Below, piece after piece: positions 28,941 through 36,224 of a stretch of 64,000 nucleotides of DNA. The translations under genes were made by a program, and so were the position numbers. The stretch spans positions 21,006 to 85,005 of the forward strand of contig JAVMKJ010000110.1 of NCBI GenBank assembly GCA_031732855.1, written 5' to 3'. Source of the stretch: Candidatus Competibacter sp. GTDB lineage: Bacteria; Pseudomonadota; Gammaproteobacteria; Competibacterales; Competibacteraceae. Numbering within the stretch: the first letter of the stretch is position 1; each line of letters starts with the position of its first letter. A model generated the notes under the pieces. The model worked only from the letters and a program-made list of their open reading frames with translations, made no database searches and was not told the DNA's origin.

Positions 28941-30017
28941 GTGCCGCATCCCATGACTTCCCGCCCATCGGACCATCGTCCCAATCTCACCACGACGTCG
29001 GGCTTTCTGCCCGACTTCTGTGCCAATCGGACGGTGTTTCTAACGGTGATTCTCGCCGAACTGTTCGCCTTCGTCCTGACCTTGGCCGAACCGAACAGCG
29101 CCATCGAGTTCTGGTTCGAACTGGCGCTCACCTCGCTGTTCGTGCAATGGATCACCCTGGGCGCCGTGGCGGTGCTCTGCTTCTGCCGCTTCTGGCTGGC
29201 CCGGCTCGAGACCACCGCCGCCACCCTCGCCACGCTCGGATTGACCCAACTGGTCACCCTGCTGTTCTCGGCGCTCGGCGGGTGGTTGCTGGGACCACGT
29301 TTCGACCTTGCCCCGCTGATGGCGCCGCCGGATTCCTTCATCGCCCGCAACCTCGCGATCAGCGGCATCATCACCCTGATCGCCCTGCGCTACTTCTACG
29401 TCCAGCACCAGTGGAAACAAAATGTCGAGGCTGAAACCCGTTCCCGCCTCTGGGCCTTGCAGGCGCGCATCCATCCCCACTTTCTGTTCAATACCCTCAA
29501 CACCATCGCCGGCCTGATCCGCGCCCAGCCCGACCGGGCCGAGCAGGTGGTGCTCGACCTGGCCGATCTGCTGCGTTCCGCGCTCGCCAGCCTGGAGCGC
29601 ATCACGCTGGGGGAAGAGATCGAACTCACCCGCCGCTACCTCGCCATCGAACAGTTGCGCATGGGCGAGCGGTTGCGGGTGGACTGGCAACTGGACGACG
29701 GTCTGCCGCTCGACGCGCCACTGCCGGCCCTGCTGTTGCAACCGCTGGTCGAAAACGCCATCCATCATGGCATCCAGCCGCTACCGGAAGGGGGACAACT
29801 GGCGATCCGCATCGAGAAACAACCGCGTGCGTTGCAATTCGTCATCACCAATCCCCGGCCACCCGCATGCGAACAGCGCTACGTCCAAGGCCAGCGGCTG
29901 GCCCAGGACAACATCCGACAGCGTCTGTTGCTCGTTTACGGCGCCGCGAGCCAACTGGAAATTACGGAAACGCCCGACAGTTACCGGGTGGCGTTCGCGG
30001 TTCCGCTGTCCGACTGA
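28941..30017 (+). CDS. algZ: LytS/YehU-family sensor histidine kinase (AlgZ/FimS-like)
   Basis: A multi-TM N-terminus is followed by HPHFLFNTLNTIAGLIR (His-kinase family) and an ATPase region (ALLLQPLVENAIHHG..GGQLAIRIE). It is divergent from the minor-pilin operon, as in Pseudomonas. The start is either the GTG at 28941 or the ATG at 28953. Confidence 0.8.
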   Translation: MPHPMTSRPSDHRPNLTTTSGFLPDFCANRTVFLTVILAELFAFVLTLAEPNSAIEFWFELALTSLFVQWITLGAVAVLCFCRFWLARLETTAATLATLGLTQLVTLLFSALGGWLLGPRFDLAPLMAPPDSFIARNLAISGIITLIALRYFYVQHQWKQNVEAETRSRLWALQARIHPHFLFNTLNTIAGLIRAQPDRAEQVVLDLADLLRSALASLERITLGEEIELTRRYLAIEQLRMGERLRVDWQLDDGLPLDAPLPALLLQPLVENAIHHGIQPLPEGGQLAIRIEKQPRALQFVITNPRPPACEQRYVQGQRLAQDNIRQRLLLVYGAASQLEITETPDSYRVAFAVPLSD

Positions 30018-30096
30018 AACATTCGGCGGCGGATACCGAACGAACCGATCTCGCCTGCTACACTTGCGGAGTGACCATGCCGGAATCGCCTATCCC

Positions 30097-30828
30097 ATGC
30101 GAGTTCTGATCGTCGACGACGAACCACCCGCCCGAGCCTGGCTGCGCGACCTGCTCGGCCGCCTGCCCGACCACGAACCGTGCGGGGAAGCCGGCAACGG
30201 CGCCGAGGCCTTGCGGCTGGCGGCTCTCCTGAAGCCCGATGTCGTGCTGCTGGATATCCGCATGCCCGGTCTGGACGGTCTGGAAACCGCCCACCGGCTG
30301 ATGGAACTCGCGCAACCGCCGGCCATCGTCTTCATCACCGCTTACGGCGAATACGCACTGGACGCTTTCGACGCCCACGCTGTCGCGTATCTGCTCAAGC
30401 CGGTGCGGCTGGAGCGGCTGGAGCGGGCGCTGGCCAACGCGGGCCGGGTCAATCGCGCGCAACTGGCCAGCCTGACCGCCGAACCGACGGGACCCAACCG
30501 CACCCATATCCGCGCCCGCATCGGCCAGCGCCTGGAAATGATCCCCCTTGCGGACGTGTTCTACTTTCAGGCCGACCAGAAATACGTGACCGTCCACCAC
30601 CGCCACGGCGAAGCGCTCATCGAGGAATCGCTGAAAACCCTGGAAACCGAACTGGGGTCGAGAGTGGTGCGGGTCCATCGCAACGCGCTGGCGATGGCCG
30701 TGCATGTCGCGGGCCTGGAGAAAACCAGAGACGGCGGCGCGAACCTGACCTTTCACAACATCCCCGACCGGCTGGAAGTGAGCCGCCGCCACCTCCCCGC
30801 GATCCGCCAGTTCCTGAAGGATGTCTGA
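30097..30828 (+). CDS. algR: LytTR-family response regulator (AlgR-like)
   Basis: REC domain (MRVLIVDDEP..DVVLLDIRMPGLDG..ITAY) plus a LytTR DNA-binding domain (IPLADVFYFQADQKYVTVHH..VRVHRNAL). The start was moved to the ATG at 30097. Confidence 0.85.
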   Translation: MRVLIVDDEPPARAWLRDLLGRLPDHEPCGEAGNGAEALRLAALLKPDVVLLDIRMPGLDGLETAHRLMELAQPPAIVFITAYGEYALDAFDAHAVAYLLKPVRLERLERALANAGRVNRAQLASLTAEPTGPNRTHIRARIGQRLEMIPLADVFYFQADQKYVTVHHRHGEALIEESLKTLETELGSRVVRVHRNALAMAVHVAGLEKTRDGGANLTFHNIPDRLEVSRRHLPAIRQFLKDV

Positions 30829-30904
30829 GCGGCGCAAACGGTGGTTCTTTCCCGCCACCTTGTACCTCGGGGCCGAGTGGGCTATATTTCCCGCTCCTAA
30901 TATT

Positions 30905-30980
30905 GCCGGAATAGCTCAGGCGGTAGAGCAGCTGATTCGTAATTAGCAGGTCGGAGGTTCGAATCCTCTTTCCGGCACCA
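30905..30980 (+). tRNA. tRNA-Thr (anticodon CGT)
   Basis: A 76-nt cloverleaf folded by hand. Acceptor GCCGGAA/TTCCGGC, D arm GCTC..GAGC, anticodon stem GCTGA/TTAGC with loop TTCGTAA, T arm GGAGG-TTCGAAT-CCTCT, and an encoded CCA. Confidence 0.9.
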
Positions 30981-30988
30981 GAAACCAG

Positions 30989-31016
30989 GGGCTTACCCGG
31001 CCGGGTAAGCCCTTTT
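30989..31016 (+). terminator. Rho-independent terminator after tRNA-Thr
   Basis: A perfect 24-nt palindrome GGGCTTACCCGG/CCGGGTAAGCCC (30989-31012) is followed by TTTT. Confidence 0.7.
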
Positions 31017-31035
31017 GCTTCATGGCCCACTCAAG

Positions 31036-31929
31036 ATGCACCCCAAAATCCTGAACGTCGGTCTGGTCCAGCATGCCTGTACCGCGGACCGGGCCGCCAA
31101 TCTCGCCGCGACCATCGCCGGCGTCCGCGACCTCGCCGGCCACGGCGCGCAACTGGTTCTGCTCCAGGAACTCCACGCCAGCCTGTATTTCTGCCAGACC
31201 GAACACTCCGACCGGTTCGACCTCGCCGAATCGATACCCGGCCCTTCGACCGAGGCATTGGGGGCGGTGGCCGGCGAATTGGGCATCGTGCTGGTCGCCT
31301 CGCTGTTCGAGCGGCGCGCGCCGGGGTTGTATCACAATACCGCCGTGGTGCTGGAACGGGATGGGCGCATCGCCGGAACCTACCGCAAGATGCACGTTCC
31401 CGACGATCCCGGCTACCACGAGAAATACTATTTCACTCCCGGCGACCTCGGCTTCGCCCCCATCGACACCTCGGTCGGGCGGCTCGGCGTGCTGGTGTGC
31501 TGGGATCAGTGGTTTCCCGAGGCAGCCCGGCTGATGGCGCTGGCCGGCGCCGAACTGCTGCTGTATCCGACCGCCATCGGCTGGAATCCTCACGACGACG
31601 AGGACGAGCGCCAGCGGCAATGGGAGTCCTGGATCATCATCCAGCGGGCGCACGCCGTCGCCAACGGTATTCCGGTGGCGGTCTGCAACCGGATCGGATT
31701 CGAGTCCGACCCTTCCGGCCAAACCCCAGGCGCCCAGTTCTGGGGCACCAGCTTCATCGTCGGTCCGCAGGGCGAATGGCTCGCCACCGCCCCCCCCGAC
31801 CAGCCGGCCACGCTGGCGGTGGAACTGGACTTGGGCCGCTCCGAGCAGGTGCGACGTCACTGGCCCTATCTGCGCGACCGCCGGATCGATGCCTACGAAG
31901 GCTTGCTGAAACGCTACCTGGATCGGTGA
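31036..31929 (+). CDS. aguB: Carbon-nitrogen hydrolase, N-carbamoylputrescine amidase-like
   Basis: LLQELHASLYFC..YRKMHVPDDPGYHEKYYFTPGDLGF..VLVCWDQWFPEAARLMALAGAELLLYPTAIGW matches the AguB pattern. The listed TTG start at 31015 lies inside the tRNA terminator, so I used the ATG at 31036. Confidence 0.75.
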   Translation: MHPKILNVGLVQHACTADRAANLAATIAGVRDLAGHGAQLVLLQELHASLYFCQTEHSDRFDLAESIPGPSTEALGAVAGELGIVLVASLFERRAPGLYHNTAVVLERDGRIAGTYRKMHVPDDPGYHEKYYFTPGDLGFAPIDTSVGRLGVLVCWDQWFPEAARLMALAGAELLLYPTAIGWNPHDDEDERQRQWESWIIIQRAHAVANGIPVAVCNRIGFESDPSGQTPGAQFWGTSFIVGPQGEWLATAPPDQPATLAVELDLGRSEQVRRHWPYLRDRRIDAYEGLLKRYLDR

Positions 31930-32090
31930 ACGACCGCCCGGGCCGATTCGGGTTAACGATAAATAATGGCTATCGACGTCATTGCGCTCATCAATTGGCG
32001 CGCTTGCCGATCGCGAACTACACTCGATTTGACCCCAAAATTCACGGGGTCTTGCGATCGATCAATCCACCAAATGAGGAGTTCGCGCCC

Positions 32091-32510
32091 ATGCAGCTCA
32101 AAGGTTCCAAGACGGAAGACAATCTGAAAGCGGCCTTCGCCGGCGAGTCGCAGGCCAACCGGCGTTATCTGTACTTCGCCAACAAGGCAGACGTCGAGGG
32201 GCAAAACGACGTCTCGGCCCTGTTCCGCTCGACGGCGGAAGGCGAAACCGGCCACGCCCACGGCCACCTGGATTATCTGGCCCAGGTGGGCGATCCGGCC
32301 ACCGGCCTGCCGATCGGTTCCTCGCGCGACAACCTGAAGTCGGCGGTCGCGGGCGAGACCCACGAATACACCGACATGTATCCGGGCATGGCCAAGACCG
32401 CCCGCGCCGAAGGCTTCGACGAAATCGCCGACTGGTTCGAGACGCTGGCCAAGGCCGAGCGCTCCCACGCCAACCGCTTCCAGAAAGCCCTGGACGCCCT
32501 GGTCGACTGA
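32091..32510 (+). CDS. Rubrerythrin-family diiron protein (no rubredoxin domain)
   Basis: 139 aa with four helix motifs carrying diiron ligands (AGESQANRRY, EGETGHAHGH, AGETHEYTDMY, KAERSHANRF). There is an AGGAG Shine-Dalgarno 9 nt upstream. The start was moved to the ATG at 32091. Confidence 0.85.
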   Translation: MQLKGSKTEDNLKAAFAGESQANRRYLYFANKADVEGQNDVSALFRSTAEGETGHAHGHLDYLAQVGDPATGLPIGSSRDNLKSAVAGETHEYTDMYPGMAKTARAEGFDEIADWFETLAKAERSHANRFQKALDALVD

Positions 32511-32576
32511 GTGTTGAAGGGCGGCGGGCCGCGCGCCCGCCCCCTATCCCAAACCGTCACCCGGAGAGAGGCCGAC

Positions 32577-33905
32577 ATGAGCGTCCGCGAAGGCAATCTG
32601 GAGCCGCCGAGACGGCATCCCATCGACTGGAAAAACCCCGACTACTACAACGAAGGCTCGCTGTTCGCCGAACTGGAGCGGGTCTTCGACATCTGCCACG
32701 GCTGCCGGCGCTGCGTCAGCCTGTGCAACGCTTTCCCCAAGCTGTTCGACCTGATCGACGAGGGTGCAACCGGAGAGGTGGACGGCATCCCCAAAGCGAA
32801 ATACGGCGAGGTGGTGGACCAGTGCTATCTCTGCGACGTGTGCTTCATGACCAAATGCCCCTACGTGCCGCCGCATCCCTGGAATCTGGATTTCCCGCAT
32901 CTGATGCTGCGAGCCAAGGCGGTCAAGTTCAAAAAGGGCCAGGTCACCTTCCGGGACAAGCTGCTGACCAGCACCGACGCCCTGGGCAAGCTGCTGGCCA
33001 TTCCCGTGGTGGCGCAGACCGTCAATGCCACCAACAAAAACAAAGCGCTGCGCGGCGCGATGGACAAGATGCTGAAGGTCCACAAGGACCGTCAGCTTCC
33101 CGATTACGCGCCGAAGCGCTTCCGCGCCAACGCCCAGGCCGAGCGGCATTTCCCGGTGCGCGACGGCCAGCGCACTCCCGGCAAGGTGGCGGTTTTCTCC
33201 ACTTGCTACATCAACTACAACGAGCCAGGCATCGGCCACGACCTGCTCAAAATTCTCGCCCACAACGAGATTCCGACGATCCTCGTCGAAAAGGAGGCGT
33301 GCTGCGGGATGCCGAAACTGGAACTCGGCGACCTGGAATCCGTGAACCGGCTCAAGGAAATCAACATCCCCGTGCTGGCGCGAGTAGCCCGCGACGGCTA
33401 CGCGATTCTGACCGCCATTCCTTCCTGCACCCTGATGTTCAAACAGGAACTGCCCTTGATGTATCCAGGCGAGGCGGACGTGCGGGCGGTGGCCGAGGCC
33501 ATGTTCGACCCGTTCGAGTACCTGGCGCTGCGCAACCGGGACGGTCTCCTCAAGACCGATTTCAAACAGCCGCTCGGGACGGTTTCCTACCACATTCCCT
33601 GCCACCTCCGAGTGCAGAACATGGGCCAGAAGACGCGCGAACTGCTGCAACTGATCCCGGGCACGACCGTCAACACCGTGGAGCGCTGCGCCGGCCACGA
33701 CGGCACCTGGGGCGTGAAGAGCGAGTATTTCGAAATGTCCATGAAGATCGGCAAGCCGGTCTTCAAGCAGATGGCCGCGGCGAATCCGGATTACGTGAGT
33801 TCGGATTGCGCCATCGCCGGCCGCCACATCTGTCAGGGCATGGGCGAGACCCAGGCGCGGAAGCAGCACCCCATCTCGCTCGTCCGGATCGCCTACGGAC
33901 TTTAA
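32577..33905 (+). CDS. HdrD/GlpC-like (Fe-S)-binding oxidoreductase with CCG domains
   Basis: Two ferredoxin-type cluster motifs (CHGCRRCVSLCNAFP; CYLCDVCFMTKCPY) are followed by Cys-rich CCG-type regions (CCGMP, CPSC-like). The start was moved to the ATG at 32577. Confidence 0.8.
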   Translation: MSVREGNLEPPRRHPIDWKNPDYYNEGSLFAELERVFDICHGCRRCVSLCNAFPKLFDLIDEGATGEVDGIPKAKYGEVVDQCYLCDVCFMTKCPYVPPHPWNLDFPHLMLRAKAVKFKKGQVTFRDKLLTSTDALGKLLAIPVVAQTVNATNKNKALRGAMDKMLKVHKDRQLPDYAPKRFRANAQAERHFPVRDGQRTPGKVAVFSTCYINYNEPGIGHDLLKILAHNEIPTILVEKEACCGMPKLELGDLESVNRLKEINIPVLARVARDGYAILTAIPSCTLMFKQELPLMYPGEADVRAVAEAMFDPFEYLALRNRDGLLKTDFKQPLGTVSYHIPCHLRVQNMGQKTRELLQLIPGTTVNTVERCAGHDGTWGVKSEYFEMSMKIGKPVFKQMAAANPDYVSSDCAIAGRHICQGMGETQARKQHPISLVRIAYGL

Positions 33906-33921
33906 CCGCGAGGAACCGACC

Positions 33922-34506
33922 ATGCCGCCCATCACCCGGGACAGCCTGATGTCTCTGGAGCAATACGCCCGCGAGCGCCCGGCCTTTCGCGCGCGGGTGC
34001 TCGCCCACAAGAAGAATCGCAACCTGGCGCTGGGCGATCATCTAACCCTGCTGTTCGAGGACGAGTTGACCATCCGCTATCAGATCCAGGAGATGCTGCG
34101 GATCGAGAAGATTTTCGAGGAGGACGGCATCGACGGCGAACTGGAAGCCTACAACCCGCTGGTGCCGGATGGCGCCAACTTCAAGGCGACCTTGCTGATC
34201 GAATATCCGGACGTCGAGGAGCGCCAGCAAAGACTCGCGCGCCTGAAGGGAATCGAGGATGCGATCTGGGTGCGGGTCGAAGGCTGCGACCGCGTTCCGG
34301 CGATCGCGGACGAAGACCTGGAGCGGGAGAACGAGGAAAAGACCAGCGCCGTGCATTTTCTGCGCTTCGAACTGACTCCGGCGATGAAGGATCGGCTGAA
34401 GCGGGGCGCGCCGCTGGCCGTCGGGGTGGAACATCCGGAATATACCGCCGTGGTCGCGGCGGTCGGCGACAACCTGCGCCGGTCGCTGCTGGCGGATTTG
34501 AGTTAA
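33922..34506 (+). CDS. DUF3501-family protein
   Basis: The pattern SLEQYARERPAFRARVLAHKKNR..LLFEDELTIRYQIQEMLRIEKIF..YNPLVPDG..ADEDLERENEEKTSAVHFLRFEL matches my memory of DUF3501. Its position after a rubrerythrin and an Hdr-like Fe-S protein is typical. Confidence 0.7.
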   Translation: MPPITRDSLMSLEQYARERPAFRARVLAHKKNRNLALGDHLTLLFEDELTIRYQIQEMLRIEKIFEEDGIDGELEAYNPLVPDGANFKATLLIEYPDVEERQQRLARLKGIEDAIWVRVEGCDRVPAIADEDLERENEEKTSAVHFLRFELTPAMKDRLKRGAPLAVGVEHPEYTAVVAAVGDNLRRSLLADLS

Positions 34507-34516
34507 ACGCCAGCGT

Positions 34517-34559
34517 CCACTCCCCTCGCCCCCGTCCGGGAGAGGGATTTGGGGAGTGG
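34517..34559. repeat. Compound REP-like hairpin between convergent DUF3501 gene and der
   Basis: The outer arms CCACTCCCC (34517-34525) and GGGGAGTGG (34551-34559) are perfect complements. They enclose CCCTCGCCCCCGTCCGGGAGAGGG, which is related to the element at 14533-14559. It is probably a bidirectional terminator. Confidence 0.65.
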
Positions 34560-34567
34560 GGCTTCAA

Positions 34568-35956
34568 TCACCGCTGCTTCCGGCGTCCGCCCGTCCTGGG
34601 CCGACGACCGCGTGCCGCCGGCGCGGGTTGATAGGGATTTTCGCCGCCGCGGAATTCGATGCGGATCGGCGTGCCCCACAAGTCCAGCCGCTTGCGGTAG
34701 ACGCCGATCAGATAACGCCGATAGGAGTCCGGGACGTGCCCGACCCGGTTGCCGTGGATTACGATCATGGGCGGGTTCTGGCCGCCTTGATGGGCGTAGC
34801 GCAGCTTGATGCCGTGACCCTGGACCAGCGGCGGCTGATGGGCGGCCAGGGCGTCTTCGAGGATGCGGGTCAGTTCGGGCGTCGACAGTTTGCGGGTCGC
34901 GGCGGCGTAGGCTTCCCGGACGGAACCGAGCAGCTCGCCGACGCCGGTGCCGTGCAGGGCGGAAATGAAATGGATTTTGGCGAAGTCGAGAAAATTCAGC
35001 CGGCGGTCGAGATCGCTTTTCACCCGGGCGCGGGTATCGGGGTCGAGGTGATCCCATTTGTTGACTCCTATCGCCAGCGCCCGGCCGCTGTCCAGGATCA
35101 GGCCCAGCAGGCTGGCATCCTGGTCGCTGATGCCCTGGCGGGCATCCAGCACCAGCACCGCCACATGCGATTGTTCGATGGCTTGCAGCGCCTTGATGAC
35201 GCTGAATTTCTCCACCGCCTCGCTGACCCGCGCGCGGCGGCGCACGCCGGCGGTATCCATCAAAACGTAACGCTGGCCGTCGCGCTCGAACGGCACGGCG
35301 ACGCTGTCGCGGGTGGTGCCGGGCATGTCGCAGGCCAGCATCCTCTCCTCGCCCAGCAGACGGTTGACCAGGGTGGATTTGCCGACGTTGGGTCGGCCGA
35401 CCACCGCCAGTTTGATGATGCGCTCGGGCTCTTCCGGCACCACCGCCTCGTCCTCCTTGCTCGTGGCCGGGAGCGCGGCGAACACTTCCTCCATCAGGGT
35501 TTCGACGCCCTGGTTATGAACGGCGGCGATCACGTGCAGGTGATCCAGGCCGAGGGCGTGAAAATCCGCGCCGAGCAGATCGGGATCGCGGTGTTCGGCC
35601 TTGTTGATCACCAGATGCACCGGCTTGCCGGCCCGACGCAACTGGCCGGCGATCTCTTCGTCGGTGGCCGTCAGCCCGGCGCGGCCGTCCACCAGCAGCA
35701 GCACGGCGTCGGCTTCCTCGATGGCCCGCCACGCCTGCCGCGCCACCAGTCCGCTCAGACCTTCATCCTCGCCGGTCAGGCCGCCGGTATCCACCACCAC
35801 GTAGGGACTCGGACCACGCTGGCCGATGCCGTACTGCCGGTCGCGGGTCAAACCGGGCATATCCGCCACCAATGCGTTGCGGGTGCGGGTCAGGGAATTG
35901 AACAGGGTGGATTTGCCCACGTTGGGCCGGCCGACCAGGGCGATGACGGGGAGCAT
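34568..35956 (-). CDS. der: Ribosome-associated GTPase Der (EngA)
   Basis: Two tandem GTPase domains with P-loops GRPNVGKST (x2), DTGG/DTAG and NKWD, plus a KH-like basic C-terminus. Confidence 0.95.
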   Translation of the reverse strand: MLPVIALVGRPNVGKSTLFNSLTRTRNALVADMPGLTRDRQYGIGQRGPSPYVVVDTGGLTGEDEGLSGLVARQAWRAIEEADAVLLLVDGRAGLTATDEEIAGQLRRAGKPVHLVINKAEHRDPDLLGADFHALGLDHLHVIAAVHNQGVETLMEEVFAALPATSKEDEAVVPEEPERIIKLAVVGRPNVGKSTLVNRLLGEERMLACDMPGTTRDSVAVPFERDGQRYVLMDTAGVRRRARVSEAVEKFSVIKALQAIEQSHVAVLVLDARQGISDQDASLLGLILDSGRALAIGVNKWDHLDPDTRARVKSDLDRRLNFLDFAKIHFISALHGTGVGELLGSVREAYAAATRKLSTPELTRILEDALAAHQPPLVQGHGIKLRYAHQGGQNPPMIVIHGNRVGHVPDSYRRYLIGVYRKRLDLWGTPIRIEFRGGENPYQPAPAARGRRPRTGGRRKQR

Positions 35957-36224
35957 GGCGAGTCCACCGAGAGTCGAGGAAAAGGTGGTGAATTATGCCT
36001 GAAATAGATATTGAGTTTTTGGCAGGTTGAACAGCCCTTTTAATGTTAAGTCAACTTATTAAATTATAATAACTTAATTGGTTGAATAAACCTGCATGAG
36101 GCGTTCGTCCAAGACACCCGGGGTGTATGGCGGTTGGCGAGTAGCCAGACTCATCCGTCACCTGATAATTGGCCAACTCCTTGTGGAAAAGCTGTCGGCA
36201 AGTTTTCCCGTCCAAAACCAGTGG

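Noticed and set aside
28322-29434. 370-aa plus-strand ORF running from inside fimT across the intergenic region into algZ
   Set aside because: It overlaps two motif-supported genes on both strands and crosses a promoter region. No motif.
32544-36007. 492-aa minus-strand ORF (32544-34022) and 483-aa plus-strand ORF (34556-36007)
   Set aside because: They are antisense to the Hdr-like Fe-S gene and to der respectively. No motifs, biased composition.
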